Positions 22,327 to 34,341 of a stretch of 64,000 nt of DNA are shown piece by piece. Below the pieces are notes generated by a model, which was not told the DNA's origin, ran no database searches, and saw nothing but the letters and a program-made list of their open reading frames with translations. Source of the DNA: an uncultured Methanoregulaceae archaeon (lineage in GTDB: Archaea > Halobacteriota > Methanomicrobia > Methanomicrobiales > Methanospirillaceae); contig OY970061.1 in NCBI GenBank assembly GCA_963705255.1, positions 2,208,001 through 2,272,000 on the forward strand, read 5' to 3'. Made by a program: the position numbers and the translations under genes. The stretch's first letter is position 1, and each line of letters opens with the position of its first letter.

Positions 22327-23973
22327 TTATTCCTTGATCGAAGACCGGACCGAGAGGAATACCGGCCCCCGCACGTCAACTTTCTTCTTGTTGTCAGTCA
22401 GGAAACGCATCGCGTACTCATCTATCTTCAGGTTGATGTCGCTCGGGAGTTTTGCCATCTTGACCTGGACCGTGACAGGCTTCCTGCACCGGGCCGCCTC
22501 CTCGATCCGGGCCGCAGCAAGCGCGGATACCGCAGTGAGATACGAGATGCCGGTCGGTATCCCTTCCGTCCGGACCTGTTTCCATTTCTCTGCATCCGGG
22601 ACGCCTAGGATGGAACCGTCGTGGACGAAGATCTCGTTGGCACACGCCGGCCCGCAGAGTTTCGCGGTGGACTCGGTCTCCTCGACCACCACCTGCACCT
22701 TCGTGCCGCCGATCGTCCCCTCCCATGCCTCGAATACGCACGGGCCTTGGGCGGCCGCGTTCGCGGCGGCTGTTGCTGCAATCGCCGCGGCGAGTACCTT
22801 CCCCTCCGGTGAGAGCGGCTCCTCTCTCAGGCGGACTGCCCGTGCGATCTCCCGACCCGTGAGGGCCCGGGGGAAGAACTGGGGGTAGCAGAGCTGCCGG
22901 ACGTCGTCCGACTGGTAGGCGATCATCGCCAGCCGCTCGACCCCGAGGCCGAGGTTCATGACCGGGACACCGATGCCGTAATCGGCGAGTGCCGAGGGCG
23001 AGTACATACCGAACGTTGCCACCTCCACCCAGCCGTGCACCGGGTGACGGGCATAGACCTCGGTCTGGGAGTCCGGCATGTAATACTTGGACCGCTTCTC
23101 GTCCGGCTGGAAACGGAAGTCCGTATACCCGAACGCGGAGAGGAGCGCCTCGCTGACGGCCTTTCCCTCTTCATTGGTAATATCCTCACCGGCGACAACG
23201 CACGAGGCCGAGTGGTAGGTCATGAGCCGGGTCGGCCCTTCGGCCTGTTCGCGGCGGAAACAGCGGTCTACCGAGAAGAGCCGGATGGGGAGCGGGGTTT
23301 TGTCCCAGATCGAGCCAAGGGTCAGGAACCAGCCGCTCGTCATGTGGCTGCGGAGCGTTGAGCGGGAGGACTCCGGAGCGAGCGCCCTGAACTCCGGGAA
23401 AACGGCATCGAGGATGTGGACCACAAGCGCGTCGTCAACGCCCAGCACTTTCGAGAGCTCGAACGTCAGCTCGTCCCCATCGATCTCCGACTTCTTGTAG
23501 GCATGGAGCGTCTCCCGCAGGCGCTCCTCGGTCTCTTTTGTCATCGGCCGGTAGTTCTCCCTGCCCTGCCCGGCAGGGGCCGAATCCCGGTGGATCAGAG
23601 GGTTCCGGTGGCTCTGCAGGATCCCGTTGATCTCGTCCAGCTGTTTCCTTGCAATCCCCACGTTCGGGCGGGGAAGTCCGCCGAGATAGAAGACCCGGTC
23701 GAGCACGGCCATGGCCTCGGGGCCGAACTGCCGGTAGATGTCCTGCTCCTCGATGATCACCGGGTTCTCCGCCTCGTCAAACCCGAGCGCAAGATAGGTC
23801 TCCCGCAGGCGGTTGATGGTCGCAAATACCGGGTGGGCGACTGCCCTCCGGTAGGCCCGGTACGGGTACGTGCCTGCATGTCCTGCCGGTGTCAGTACCG
23901 ACGGCCCCTCGTGCCATGCCCCTTCAAAGTTCTCATGCGCCTTCCGTTTCCATTCATCCGGATTGAACCTCAT
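22327..23973 (-). CDS. sepS: O-phosphoseryl-tRNA(Cys) synthetase
   Basis: [42 protein letters not shown]. Confidence 0.96.
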   Translation of the reverse strand: MRFNPDEWKRKAHENFEGAWHEGPSVLTPAGHAGTYPYRAYRRAVAHPVFATINRLRETYLALGFDEAENPVIIEEQDIYRQFGPEAMAVLDRVFYLGGLPRPNVGIARKQLDEINGILQSHRNPLIHRDSAPAGQGRENYRPMTKETEERLRETLHAYKKSEIDGDELTFELSKVLGVDDALVVHILDAVFPEFRALAPESSRSTLRSHMTSGWFLTLGSIWDKTPLPIRLFSVDRCFRREQAEGPTRLMTYHSASCVVAGEDITNEEGKAVSEALLSAFGYTDFRFQPDEKRSKYYMPDSQTEVYARHPVHGWVEVATFGMYSPSALADYGIGVPVMNLGLGVERLAMIAYQSDDVRQLCYPQFFPRALTGREIARAVRLREEPLSPEGKVLAAAIAATAAANAAAQGPCVFEAWEGTIGGTKVQVVVEETESTAKLCGPACANEIFVHDGSILGVPDAEKWKQVRTEGIPTGISYLTAVSALAAARIEEAARCRKPVTVQVKMAKLPSDINLKIDEYAMRFLTDNKKKVDVRGPVFLSVRSSIKE

Positions 23974-24869
23974 CTCCCTCGCTCCAGGCAGACCACTCTG
24001 CTCAGCTTGTTTTCATCTCTGAACCGGTAATCGCACGCAGCCGCGATCCTCTCCGCAAAGGCCCGCACGTACGTATGCTCCGGCATATTCTCCCTTGCCA
24101 ACCTGTTTCTACTGTATCCCAGATACATATATCCCTTTATTTCCGCAAACATAGCGCCCGAGTCCTGCAGCATGGCCGCGTACTTTTCGGGAGCGAAATC
24201 GTTCAGGCCCCGGACCAGCGTGACCCGGATCGCGGAGCGGCGGGACCCAAGCAGGGATAGGCTCTCCCGGACCCGGTCCCAGGAGTCCCCGAGCGGGCGG
24301 CACACCGCCTTGTAGGTCTCCGCATCGGGTGCATCCAGGGAGACGTATGTCTGGAACGGCCTGCAGCGCCGCAGCATCTCCGGGTTTGTGCCATTGCTCA
24401 CGAGGAAGGTGGTGTAGCCTTTGCTGCTGAAGAGGTCGATGAGTTCCGGGAGCCGCGAGTAGAGTGTCGGTTCACCGGAGAGCGAGATCGCAACGTGTTT
24501 CGGGTCGAGGGCCTCCTGCCACCGCTCCTCGGTAACCGTGTTGTCGAGCACCGCATTGTAGCCGGCAAGCGCCTTCTTCTGGTACTTGTAGATACCGGCA
24601 AGGATAGTCTCCGGCGGGCACTCCATCTCCTCCTGCGGCTCGTGCTCGAACGAACGCCAGCAGAAGAGGCAGCGCTGGTTGCAGCGGAGCGTAGGGGTCA
24701 TCTGGACGCAGCGGTGGCTGTCAATGCCATAGAACTGGTGCTTGTAACACATCTCCCCGCCGGCGAGCGCACGCTTGCACCACATGCAGGGCTTGAGCGC
24801 GGCCGAGGAGGTCTTACTGAAGAACTGGTAGCCCTGTTTCCGCAGGGCTTCACATGGAGCTGATGGCAT
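23970..24869 (-). CDS. taw1: 4-demethylwyosine synthase (radical SAM)
   Basis: [45 protein letters not shown]. Confidence 0.95.
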   Translation of the reverse strand: MPSAPCEALRKQGYQFFSKTSSAALKPCMWCKRALAGGEMCYKHQFYGIDSHRCVQMTPTLRCNQRCLFCWRSFEHEPQEEMECPPETILAGIYKYQKKALAGYNAVLDNTVTEERWQEALDPKHVAISLSGEPTLYSRLPELIDLFSSKGYTTFLVSNGTNPEMLRRCRPFQTYVSLDAPDAETYKAVCRPLGDSWDRVRESLSLLGSRRSAIRVTLVRGLNDFAPEKYAAMLQDSGAMFAEIKGYMYLGYSRNRLARENMPEHTYVRAFAERIAAACDYRFRDENKLSRVVCLERGR

Positions 24870-26514
24870 CGATCCCGAGCGTCTCGAGGGACTCTCTTAA
24901 GGTGTTCTGCACGGCTTTTACCAGCGTGAGCCGGCGGTCACGTACCCTGCCTTCGCTCTTCAGTACCGGTTCGAAATGGTAGAACGAGTTGAACGTATCG
25001 GCGAGCTCCCGGGCGTAGGTAGCGAGGATGTGCGGGCGGAGCTCGGCTATGACTTTTTCGACGATGGCCGGGAACTTTGCGACCTGCTTCGCGAGCGCGA
25101 TCTCCTGGTCCGTCTCCATATCGTAGCATTCCTCGAATGCCCCCCCCTTTTCGAGGATGCTGCAGGCGCGGGCGTGGGCGTACTGGATGTAGGGCCCGCT
25201 CTGGCGTTCGAAGTCAAGCGCCTCCTTCCAGTTAAAGACCGTGCTCTTCTCGGGAGAGACCTTCACGATGTCGTAGCGGATCGCGGCAAGCCCGACCGAC
25301 TTCGCGATCGACCTCCTCGCCGTCTCGTCCAGTTCCGGCCGGCGGGCCGTCACTTCTTCAAGGGCGCGCCTCGTCACCTCGGAGATAAGGTCGTCTGCTG
25401 AGACGAATTTACCCGCACGGGTGCTCATCGAGCCTTCCGGCAGGGAGACGAACTCGAAATGGACGATCTCCGGGACTTTCTCCCCGAGGAGTTTCAGCGT
25501 GCACTGGAGCTGCGCTCCGATCAGCTTGTGGTCGGCGCCGAGGACATCGATGACCCGGTCGAAGTTTGCCGCCTTCCAGGCATGGAAGGCGAGGTCGCGG
25601 GCCGCGTAGACCGAGGTGCCGTCGCTCCGGCGGATGACATACTTGTTCGCGAACCCGAACTCCGAGAGGTCGAGCGCGAGCGTCTCGTCGTCCCGGGCCT
25701 GGGGGAGTTTCCGCAGCCGCGAAATGATCCGTTCGGTATAGCCGTTCCGGATGAAGTCGCTCTCCCAGACGAAGCGGTCGTGCGCGACATTGAGGTCCTT
25801 CATCGTGACCCCGAACCCGTCGAGGCAACGGGAGACTTCCTTCCGGAACTTCTTGACGGTCGCCGGGTCGCCGTTCTCCACGAGCTGCATCAGGGTGTTC
25901 ACCTGCTGCGTGATGCTCTCGTCCTTCTCGATCTCGCGGTTCGCAGCGATGTATACCCGGGCGATGTGGGCATCTTCCTTCTCCCCATCAAGCCGGGTGC
26001 TGTCGAGGTTGTCGAACCCCCAGACCACGATCGCGATCTGGCGCCCCATGTCATTGACATAGTACTGCACCTCGAGCGGGTAGCCTGCCTTCCGGAACGC
26101 CCGGGCAAGCGTGTCGCCGATGATCGAGTTCCGGATATGCCCGACATGTAGCGGGCCGTTCGGGTTTGCGCTCGTGTGCTCGAGCACGACCCGGGTCGGT
26201 CTCTGCGGCGATGTGCCGTAACCGGGCTTCACCGCTTCCCTGACTGCTCCGCTCACGTACCCGCTACCGAAGACGAAGTTGATATACGGCCCTTTTGCCT
26301 CAACCGTTATCCCGGCAAGGGCGGGATCGTTTGCTATCTCCACGGCGAGCTCCCGTGCTATCCCGGCCGGCGCCTGCTTTCTCTGTTTTGCAAGGGAGAA
26401 TGCTACGGTCGATGCAAGGTCGGCGTGCTCCCCGCCATCCGTCAGCTGCGCGTCGGGGAGGGCGGTGTGTTCTCTGATCACGTTCCCGATGATCATAGAG
26501 GTCTCGTTCAGCAT
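24850..26514 (-). CDS. argS: Arginine--tRNA ligase
   Basis: EHTSANPNGPLHVGHIRN, MSTRAG, YIQYAHAR. Confidence 0.97.
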   Translation of the reverse strand: MLNETSMIIGNVIREHTALPDAQLTDGGEHADLASTVAFSLAKQRKQAPAGIARELAVEIANDPALAGITVEAKGPYINFVFGSGYVSGAVREAVKPGYGTSPQRPTRVVLEHTSANPNGPLHVGHIRNSIIGDTLARAFRKAGYPLEVQYYVNDMGRQIAIVVWGFDNLDSTRLDGEKEDAHIARVYIAANREIEKDESITQQVNTLMQLVENGDPATVKKFRKEVSRCLDGFGVTMKDLNVAHDRFVWESDFIRNGYTERIISRLRKLPQARDDETLALDLSEFGFANKYVIRRSDGTSVYAARDLAFHAWKAANFDRVIDVLGADHKLIGAQLQCTLKLLGEKVPEIVHFEFVSLPEGSMSTRAGKFVSADDLISEVTRRALEEVTARRPELDETARRSIAKSVGLAAIRYDIVKVSPEKSTVFNWKEALDFERQSGPYIQYAHARACSILEKGGAFEECYDMETDQEIALAKQVAKFPAIVEKVIAELRPHILATYARELADTFNSFYHFEPVLKSEGRVRDRRLTLVKAVQNTLRESLETLGIDAISSM

Positions 26515-27785
26515 CAGTATCCCGTCCTGTAGCGGAGGATCGCGGCAATCCCGCCGAATGCCGAGAAGAGGATCGATCCCTCCTCGAAATCGTCGGATAT
26601 GAGCTCGACTTTCGCAGAGCTCTTGTCGGCAAGTTTAGTCAGCTCGTCGATGATATCGATCTCCTCCTCAAGGATAAGGGGGGCGGTGCACTTCGGGCAG
26701 TTCCCGAGCGGGAGGTCTGCAACCGTCTTGCCGGCCTCGACATTGACGGTCTTCTCGCTCGTGTAGTCGCAGCTCTGGCACCTGATCCTCAGCCGGGACT
26801 TGCGGAGGTTAGCCGAGAGGAGAAGGATATCCACGGCACCGATCCCGAGGTTGTGGCGGATACTCTCCTCGCCGTACGCGGCAAGCCCGTCTTCCTTGAC
26901 GAGCTCCCTGAGGAACCGGTCCATGAACGCCTTCTCCTGGATGACGGTCATGCCCTTGAGCGCGTCGGATGCCGCGTCCACGAGTTCCGCGAGCCCGTCC
27001 TCGTTGGTGTAAGCAACATCGAACAGCCCGATGATCCGCTTCTGGACCTCGTGGTGGAGATAGTTCCCCTTCTCGAACTCCTCTTTCGTCGGGCTCGGAC
27101 CTCCGATGAGGACGCCCTTGAACCGCTCGAAAAAATCTTTCTCGGCAAGGAAGATGGCACTTGACCGCTCGCCGACCTTGGTATAGAACTCGTCGATGGC
27201 GATCTCGCGCAGCCTCCCGAACCGGGCTGCCGACTGGCCGCCTTTCCGCATCTTACCCGGCACCGTTGAGTTCGCCCCCCCCATCGGTTCGATCCGGTTG
27301 CCGCGCAGGAACCCCCAGTACGCCTCGCGCTTGTCGAGGACGAGCAGGCCGTACACGTACTTCTCCTCGAGCATCTGCTTGAGGGGTTCGAGCTCGAAAT
27401 TGGAGCTGCAGCGGTACATGTAGAGGTTGAGGGGCTCGGGCGGCTCGATGATGGTGCACTGGAGGTCGGTGCGGTCGCCGTAGAGTTTTACCGTGCCGCA
27501 GAAGACTGCTATCCCTTTCTCGGGAGGTCGCTTGTAGTACTTGAGCCGGGAGAGGATGGAGGAGATGGCGCTCTGGACATTGGTCCGCGTCTGCTTGGAC
27601 TTGATGTTCGCGCACTGCCCGAACTCGTCCTTGAGCTGGTTGGTCACGTCATAGATCTGCTTGTCGGGAGGGATGTAGAGGGTTATCAGTTCCGTCCCGT
27701 CCCCCTGCTGCGACTGGAGCTTCTCAAGGGTCTTCTTGAATTCATAGCGCTTCCGCGCGTCGTCCATCTCCGCTTCTTCTGCCAT
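26514..27785 (-). CDS. prf1: Peptide chain release factor aRF1
   Basis: NIKS, YRC, GGQS motifs; C-terminal Zn-ribbon CxxC pairs. Confidence 0.97.
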   Translation of the reverse strand: MAEEAEMDDARKRYEFKKTLEKLQSQQGDGTELITLYIPPDKQIYDVTNQLKDEFGQCANIKSKQTRTNVQSAISSILSRLKYYKRPPEKGIAVFCGTVKLYGDRTDLQCTIIEPPEPLNLYMYRCSSNFELEPLKQMLEEKYVYGLLVLDKREAYWGFLRGNRIEPMGGANSTVPGKMRKGGQSAARFGRLREIAIDEFYTKVGERSSAIFLAEKDFFERFKGVLIGGPSPTKEEFEKGNYLHHEVQKRIIGLFDVAYTNEDGLAELVDAASDALKGMTVIQEKAFMDRFLRELVKEDGLAAYGEESIRHNLGIGAVDILLLSANLRKSRLRIRCQSCDYTSEKTVNVEAGKTVADLPLGNCPKCTAPLILEEEIDIIDELTKLADKSSAKVELISDDFEEGSILFSAFGGIAAILRYRTGY

Positions 27786-27828
27786 TGCCGGACTCAAACC
27801 TCTCACTAAAGCCAGTACCTATTCTCCC

Positions 27829-28720
27829 TCACGTGCCATAAATTTGCGCCAGTTGTGCCATAAGCCGCCGGTCAACATCCGGGTTGATCCCGTGATCGCC
27901 GTTGAATTCGGTGAAGGTTTTGGGCTCGTCTGCCGTTGCGAAGAGGGCCTTGCCAGAGGTAAAGGGTATGAACGGGTCGGTCGCGTTATGGTACATCCAG
28001 ACCGTGCGCGGGGAGATCCCGGGCAGGTAGGTGCTCGGCTCGAGGGATGTCGCAAACTTCAGGAGATCCCCTGTCCCTCCCTGGGCAAGGACTGCGTCCC
28101 GGAGTCCCCAGTCCGCGGTCGAGATCCCCACGTACCCGGCAAATTCCGGGTCGACCCCGGCCGCAACTGCCGCGTACCGTCCGCCATTGCTCCCCCCGAC
28201 GGCATAGACCGGGACGCCGAACCGGCTGGCAAGCACGGCGCGCAGGGACGAGATGTCACAAATGGTCTGGTAGTACCTCGGGCCAGTCGCCGCTCTCGAA
28301 CCGGGAATAGTCCGTCTGGGGGTTGAACGGGTAGCCTCCCGTCTCCCCGCCCCTGCCCCGGATGTCGACGAACATGAATGCATAGCCGGCAGCCGCATAG
28401 GTCACCATCCGTTCCGCATGACCCGAGATCTTCTCCCCGGCCCCGGGTATGTACTCCAGCACCGCCTTTGGCCGTTCCGGATAACTCAGGTATGTCACCA
28501 CGTCACCCGTCTGGGTGTGCATGACGACCCGGGATTCAGTGTAGGTACCGTTTGCAAAGAGCACGGTCTCGTTGGTCGTGACCGGTGCGCAGGTCACCGA
28601 GAGGACGCCGTTCTTGTCCACGGAATACGAGGGCTTCGAGGGGGCGCTGGTACACCCGGCAATAACTGCAGCAGCAATGAGAAAAACGGCAAGGATGAAC
28701 GCGGTCCGCACGGTCAGCAC
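27829..28720 (-). CDS. Lipoprotein alpha/beta-hydrolase (apparent frameshift ~28277)
   Basis: Signal with IAGC lipobox, DIRGRG, GGSNGG nucleophile elbow, Asp (TDP) and His (DHG). Confidence 0.75.
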
Positions 28721-29211
28721 CCCAGGCAGCGGCAGATCAGGCAGATGGTCTTCCCGTCGGTGATGGTGCCGTCGCGGACCATTCCCGCAAGGTCCCGGAC
28801 CGGGACATCCACGACCTCGATCACCTCGTCCTCGTCCTTCTGGTATTCCTGCGAGGGCGAGAGGTCCCGGGCCTCGAACAGGAAGATCTTCTCGTCGGTG
28901 AACCCGGGTGTCGTATAGATGAACCCTCTGGGTGTGATCGTCTTCGCCGCAAGACTGGTCTCCTCGATCAGCTCACGGCCCGCCGTTGTCACGGGGTCTT
29001 CCCCGGGCTCCATGGTGCCGGCCGGAGCTTCATAGATGTGCTGGTCGATGGCATACCGGTATTGCTTCAGCAGCGTGCACCGCTTCCCGTTCAGGGGAAG
29101 GATTGCCACGGCATTGCCGGGGTGGACGATCACCTTCTCCCGCTCCGTGCCGGTCGGGAGCCGGATCGTGCGCTTCTCTATCCAGAGCCGCCTGCCACGG
29201 AATATCTCCAT
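28714..29211 (-). CDS. NUDIX hydrolase (ADP-ribose pyrophosphatase-like)
   Basis: QYRY and Nudix box GTMEPGEDPVTTAGRELIEET. Confidence 0.92.
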   Translation of the reverse strand: MEIFRGRRLWIEKRTIRLPTGTEREKVIVHPGNAVAILPLNGKRCTLLKQYRYAIDQHIYEAPAGTMEPGEDPVTTAGRELIEETSLAAKTITPRGFIYTTPGFTDEKIFLFEARDLSPSQEYQKDEDEVIEVVDVPVRDLAGMVRDGTITDGKTICLICRCLGC

Positions 29212-29880
29212 TCAGACCTCGTATTCTATCGGGTCGCGTATGCCCGCTGTATCGAATGCTTCCCTGCGGAAGTGGCACGAGCCGCAGGTACCGCAGGCTT
29301 TCTCCTCGTTCCGGTAGCACGACCACGTGTGCTCGTACGGCACGCCGAGCCGGATCCCTTCCCGCAGGATATCGGTCTTGGTCATGTGGATGAACGGCGT
29401 GAAGAGGGTGATCTCCGTCGTGTCCTTCGTCCCGAGCTCGATCACTCTCTGGAACGCGCTTATGAACGCCGGGCGGCAGTCGGGGTAGCCGCTGTAGTCG
29501 AGGGACTGGACCCCGATGAATATGGCCTCTGCCGCACGCGCCTCGGCAAAACTGGTTGCGATCGAGAGCAGGTTCGCGTTTCGGAACGGTACGTACGTAT
29601 TGGGCATGTGGACACGCTCCGGGTCAAACTCTTCAACGGCAATGTCCTTATCTGTCAGGCTGCTCGCCCCGAACTTCGTGAAACAATCGAGGTTGACCTC
29701 GACAAACGCCTCTGCGTCCAGCAGCCCGGAGATCTTTTTTGCGCTCTCGAGTTCCTTTCGTTCCGTCCGCTGCCCGTAATTGAAGTGGAGGGCCAGGATA
29801 TCGTAGCCCCTCCTCTTTGCGACATACGCGAGCGTGGAGGAGTCCATTCCTCCTGACAATAAACATACCGCTTTCATCAT
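29212..29880 (-). CDS. queC: 7-cyano-7-deazaguanine synthase
   Basis: SGGMDS, YVPFRN, YPDCR, TWSCY...CGTCGSC. Confidence 0.96.
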   Translation of the reverse strand: MMKAVCLLSGGMDSSTLAYVAKRRGYDILALHFNYGQRTERKELESAKKISGLLDAEAFVEVNLDCFTKFGASSLTDKDIAVEEFDPERVHMPNTYVPFRNANLLSIATSFAEARAAEAIFIGVQSLDYSGYPDCRPAFISAFQRVIELGTKDTTEITLFTPFIHMTKTDILREGIRLGVPYEHTWSCYRNEEKACGTCGSCHFRREAFDTAGIRDPIEYEV

Positions 29881-30486
29881 TGTACCCCGATGATCTTATG
29901 CAACTGTACCTGGAACCGCACCGGCAGGCTGTTGACGAGAATGAATTTCGTGATCGCCTTGTAATCCGTGCCGGATACGGGGGAGAAGAAGATCTCCCCG
30001 GCGATGCGGTACGTGGCGATGATCTCCTGCGCATACCGGCAGTCCGCCTCATCCTTCACCACGAACTTCACGCTGTCCTGCGGGCGCAGCGCCGCGAGCA
30101 GGGCGAGGTCGCTCTGCTCCCCGGAGGACGGGCATTTCACGTCCATGCAGACCGAGGCGTAGGGTCTGGAGGCGGGAGAAGTCGATCGTCCCGTTCGTCT
30201 CGATATCAATGGCCGTCCCCCGCCTGCGGAGCGATGCGAGGAGCGGTTCCAGTTCGTCTGCCTGCAGGAGCGGTTCGCCGCCCGTGATGCAGACATAGGG
30301 GGGATTCACCCGCCAGACCTGCTCGAGGATGGCGTCGAGGCCCATCTCCCTGCCGCCGGCCCGGGCATATCCCGTATCGCACCAGGTGCAGGTGAGGTTG
30401 CAGCCCGCGAGCCGGATGAAGAGGCAGGCCTTTCCCTGGTTCTTCCCCTCCCCCTGGAGGCTCCGGAAAATTTCCGCGATCTTCAT
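29877..30486 (-). CDS. queE: 7-carboxy-7-deazaguanine synthase (apparent frameshift ~30165)
   Basis: [26 protein letters not shown]; C-terminal QVQLHKII in the shifted frame. Confidence 0.92.
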
Positions 30487-30887
30487 TCGGTAAGCTCGGC
30501 GCAGGATGTCGGTGATTCCCAGACCCGGATCTTCGGCACCGTTGCCGGTATCTTCAGGTCCCGGCAGACCGCGTAGAGGTCATCGCGGATGATCGCTGCA
30601 ATCAATTCACTTGTCGGGTCACCAGGCGTCGTTATGACGTGCTGGAACTTCTCCATGCAGGCCACCATGGGGTCGTCGCGGTTGAGGATGATCTGGTGAT
30701 CGTATTTACCGATGACCTTTTTGATCAGGCTGTAATCGATCAGGATCTGCGTGGCCGGGTCCGGCTCCCCCTCCATCCAGACCTCCACCTTCCAGCGGTG
30801 CCCGTGGAGGTTGGCGCACTTCCCCTGGTAATGGAGCAAGCGGTGGCTGGTATCGATCTGCACCTGTTTATAGATCCCGACTTTCAT
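30483..30887 (-). CDS. queD: 6-carboxytetrahydropterin synthase
   Basis: SHRL, CANLHGH, PTSE, WES. Confidence 0.93.
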   Translation of the reverse strand: MKVGIYKQVQIDTSHRLLHYQGKCANLHGHRWKVEVWMEGEPDPATQILIDYSLIKKVIGKYDHQIILNRDDPMVACMEKFQHVITTPGDPTSELIAAIIRDDLYAVCRDLKIPATVPKIRVWESPTSCAELTE

Positions 30888-30967
30888 TGCTCATGATTGG
30901 GTTCTGGAAGATATAATGTTATTATGAGCAAGGGACAATAGTATAAGACAGGCAGGTGGGAGGCCAC

Positions 30968-31027
30968 AATTTATAAATCGATCACCCGCGTTAGTACATA
31001 TCCCAGTGTGGGTTATCGATAACCACA
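30968..31027 (+). promoter_or_regulatory. TATA box and leader palindrome of the rps12-rps7-fusA operon
   Basis: TTTATAAA at 30970-30977; perfect 14-bp palindrome GGTTATCGATAACC at 31011-31024. Confidence 0.55.
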
Positions 31028-31052
31028 AAAACAACTTTCATGAGGCTATTTA

Positions 31053-31481
31053 ATGGGACAGGGTAAATTTGCAGCCAGAAAACTGGTTCGGGACTCAAAT
31101 AAGTTCCGGTGGGCGGACAAGAACTACGCCCGCCGGGAACTCAACCTCGATGTGAAGTCGGACCCTCTCGAGGGTGCGCCACAGGCGAGAGGTATCGTAC
31201 TGGAGAAGATCGGTGTCGAGGCCAAGCAGCCGAACTCCGCGATCCGGAAGTGCGTGCGCGTCCAGCTGATCAAGAACGGGCGGCAGGTCAGCGCGTTTGC
31301 GGTCGGCGACGGTGCGATCAATTTCATTGACGAACACGACGAAGTCGAGATCGAGGGCATCGGCGGCCGTCTCGGGCGTTCCATGGGAGATATCCCCGGC
31401 GTCCGGTACGTGGTCACCAAGGTGAACAACGTCTGCCTCCACGAGATGGTCATCGGCAGGAAAGAGAAACCGCGCAGGTGA
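31053..31481 (+). CDS. rps12: 30S ribosomal protein S12 (uS12)
   Basis: [23 protein letters not shown]. Confidence 0.98.
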   Translation: MGQGKFAARKLVRDSNKFRWADKNYARRELNLDVKSDPLEGAPQARGIVLEKIGVEAKQPNSAIRKCVRVQLIKNGRQVSAFAVGDGAINFIDEHDEVEIEGIGGRLGRSMGDIPGVRYVVTKVNNVCLHEMVIGRKEKPRR

Positions 31482-31486
31482 TGGAG

Positions 31487-32077
31487 ATGGCAGAAACCGA
31501 AGGAAAAACAGCAGGGCAGAAACTCCTCTTCAACAAGTGGGACGCCTCCGAAGTCAAGGTCACCGACCCCGGTCTCATGCGCTATGTCACCCTCACCTCC
31601 ATGATCATTCCCCATACCTGCGGCAAGTTCTCCCGCCAGGAGTTCGGCAAGTCCAACATGATGATTGTCGAGCGGCTGATCAACCGCCTGATGCAGACCG
31701 AGAATAATACCGGAAAGAAGCAGCTGGCCATCCGGATCGTGCGGGATGCATTCGTGATCATCAACAAGAAGACCAAGCGCAACCCCATCGAGGTGCTGGT
31801 CGAGGCGATCGCCAACTCAGGTCCCCGAGAAGAGACCGTCCGCCTGAAATACGGTGGCATCAACGTCCCGAAATCGGTCGACACCGCGCCCATGCGGAGG
31901 GTCGACACGGCCATCCACTTCATTGCCGAGGCAACCCTGAAGGGATCCAACTCCAGCAAGAAGAGCGCCAGTGCAGTACTCGCCGATGAACTGATCTCCG
32001 CCTCCAAGGGCGACATGAAGTGTTACTCGGTCGGGAAAAAGGAAGAACGCGAGCGGATCGCAAAATCTGCCCGTTAA
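31487..32077 (+). CDS. rps7: 30S ribosomal protein S7 (uS7)
   Basis: [29 protein letters not shown]; GGTGA SD upstream of ATG 31487. Confidence 0.97.
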   Translation: MAETEGKTAGQKLLFNKWDASEVKVTDPGLMRYVTLTSMIIPHTCGKFSRQEFGKSNMMIVERLINRLMQTENNTGKKQLAIRIVRDAFVIINKKTKRNPIEVLVEAIANSGPREETVRLKYGGINVPKSVDTAPMRRVDTAIHFIAEATLKGSNSSKKSASAVLADELISASKGDMKCYSVGKKEERERIAKSAR

Positions 32078-32100
32078 TTATCTTTTTTGAGGTTATTTTC

Positions 32101-34299
32101 ATGGTCCGCGGCAAAAAATCAGTTGAGCGCGTAACTGAGCTCATGAAGGAACCGAAGCATATTCGGAACATCGGTATCGTGGCACACATCGACCACGGCA
32201 AGACGACCCTCTCCGACAACCTCCTCGCAGGCGCTGGCATCATCTCGGAAGAACTTGCCGGCAAACGACTCTTCATGGACTCGGACGAGGAGGAGCAGGC
32301 CCGGGGTATCACCATCGACGCGTCCAACGTCTCGATGGTCCACGAGTATGAAGGTCAGGACTACCTGATCAACATGATCGATACGCCGGGTCACGTTGAC
32401 TTCGGCGGCGACGTCACGCGTGCCATGCGTGCCGTTGACGGGGCCGTTGTGCTCGTCGATGCGGTCGAGGGCACGATGCCCCAGACCGAGACCGTGCTCC
32501 GGCAGGCACTCAAGGAGCAGGTGCGCCCGATCCTCTTCATCAACAAGGTCGACCGGCTCATCAACGAGCTGAAAGTCGATGAGATGGAGATGCAGATCCG
32601 GCTCGGCAAGGTGATCGACAAGGTCAATAAACTGATCAAGGGGATGAACGAGGAGGCCTACAACAACGGCTGGAAGCTCGATGCCGCCAAGGGTACCGTT
32701 GCATTCGGCTCAGCTCTCTACAACTGGGCAGTCTCTGCGCCGTTCATGAAGAAGAGTGGCGTCTCGTTCAAGGATGTGTACAACAAGTGCCGCGAAGGGG
32801 ACATGAAGTATCTTGCCAAGCACAGCCCGCTCTCCGATGTCCTGCTCGATATTGTCGTAAACCAGCTTCCCAACCCCCTCGATGCACAGAAGCGCCGTAT
32901 CCCGGTCATCTGGCACGGGGACAAGGAATCAAAGGAAGGCAAGGCTATGATCACCTGCGACCCGAATGGTCCGGTCGCACTGATGGTCACCGACATCTCC
33001 TTTGACCCCCATGCAGGCGAAGTCGCCACCGGGCGTCTTTTTTCAGGAAAACTGAAGCGGGGCGACGGGCTCTATATCATGGGCTCCGCCAAGAAGGAGA
33101 ACCGTCTCCAGCAGGTCGGCATCTTCATGGGCCCCAAGCGTGTCGAGGTCGAGGAGATTGTCGGCGGGAACATCGCCGCAGTCACCGGTCTCCGGGATGC
33201 GATCGTCGGCTCCACCGTCACCTCGCTCATGGAGATGACGCCGTTTGAGTCGCTCAAGCACTATTCGGAACCGGTCATGACGGTTGCTGTTGAAGCGAAG
33301 AACATGAAGGACCTGCCCAAGCTCGTTGAAGTGCTCCGCCAAGTGGCCAAGGAAGACCCGACCCTCGGTATCGCCATCAACGAAGAGACCGGAGAGCACC
33401 TCATCTCCGGCATGGGCGAACTGCACCTCGAGATCGTCACCGGCCGTATCAAGCGTGACAAGGGTGTCGAGATTATCACCTCTGAGCCGATCGTGGTGTA
33501 CCGTGAGACCGTGACCGGCAAGGTCGAGGCAGTCGAAGGGAAGTCCCCGAACCGGCACAACCGCTTCTACTTTGACCTTGAGCCCCTGCCCGATTCGATC
33601 GTAGACCTGATCAAGAAAGGCGAAGTCTCGATGAACCAGCAGGCCATCGAACGCCGTGACGTGCTCATGAAGGCCGGCATGGACAAGGACGAGGCCAAGA
33701 ACGTCAAGGACATCAAGGGCACCAACATGCTCTTCGACATGACCAAGGGTGTCCAGTACCTCAACGAGACCATGGAACTGATCATCGAGGGTATCCACGA
33801 GGCGCTCGCCGGTGGCCCGCTTGCGGACGAGCCGGTCCAGAACCTCAAGATGCGCCTTGTCGATGTCAAGCTCCACGAGGACGCGATCCACCGCGGCCCG
33901 GCCCAGGTCATCCCTGCAGTCCGCGGCGCTATCAAGGGCGGCCTGCTGCTCGCCGGCGATTCGCTTCTCGAGCCAGTCCAGAAGATCCAGATCACGGTCC
34001 CGATGGACCAGATGGGTGCTGCAACCTCCCAGATCCAGGGCCGGCGCGGCCAGGTCTTCGACATGGCGAGCGAGGGTGACACGATCACGGTCGTCGGTAA
34101 GGCCCCGGTCGCCGAGCTCTTCGGGTTTGCCGGTGACATCCGGTCCGCAACCGAAGGCCGGGCGATGTGGAACACCGAGTTCTCAGGCTTCGAGCTCGTG
34201 CCCAACAACATGGTCAAGGAAGTCGTGGTCAGCATCCGCAAGCGCAAGGGCCTGAAAGAGCAGATGCCCACGCCGAACGACTACCTCGCGGCACAATAA
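32101..34299 (+). CDS. fusA: Elongation factor EF-2
   Basis: [23 protein letters not shown], diphthamide-site HEDAIHRG; GAGGT SD before ATG 32101. Confidence 0.98.
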   Translation: MVRGKKSVERVTELMKEPKHIRNIGIVAHIDHGKTTLSDNLLAGAGIISEELAGKRLFMDSDEEEQARGITIDASNVSMVHEYEGQDYLINMIDTPGHVDFGGDVTRAMRAVDGAVVLVDAVEGTMPQTETVLRQALKEQVRPILFINKVDRLINELKVDEMEMQIRLGKVIDKVNKLIKGMNEEAYNNGWKLDAAKGTVAFGSALYNWAVSAPFMKKSGVSFKDVYNKCREGDMKYLAKHSPLSDVLLDIVVNQLPNPLDAQKRRIPVIWHGDKESKEGKAMITCDPNGPVALMVTDISFDPHAGEVATGRLFSGKLKRGDGLYIMGSAKKENRLQQVGIFMGPKRVEVEEIVGGNIAAVTGLRDAIVGSTVTSLMEMTPFESLKHYSEPVMTVAVEAKNMKDLPKLVEVLRQVAKEDPTLGIAINEETGEHLISGMGELHLEIVTGRIKRDKGVEIITSEPIVVYRETVTGKVEAVEGKSPNRHNRFYFDLEPLPDSIVDLIKKGEVSMNQQAIERRDVLMKAGMDKDEAKNVKDIKGTNMLFDMTKGVQYLNETMELIIEGIHEALAGGPLADEPVQNLKMRLVDVKLHEDAIHRGPAQVIPAVRGAIKGGLLLAGDSLLEPVQKIQITVPMDQMGAATSQIQGRRGQVFDMASEGDTITVVGKAPVAELFGFAGDIRSATEGRAMWNTEFSGFELVPNNMVKEVVVSIRKRKGLKEQMPTPNDYLAAQ

Positions 34300-34341
34300 T
34301 TTTTCACCTGGTCCCGGAACCAATACCCAATCTCCTTTTTA

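Noticed and set aside
29212-30887. queCDE as a Dpd DNA-modification defence system
   Set aside because: No dpdA/dpdB-like genes in the window; the context is tRNA and translation, consistent with archaeosine precursor synthesis.
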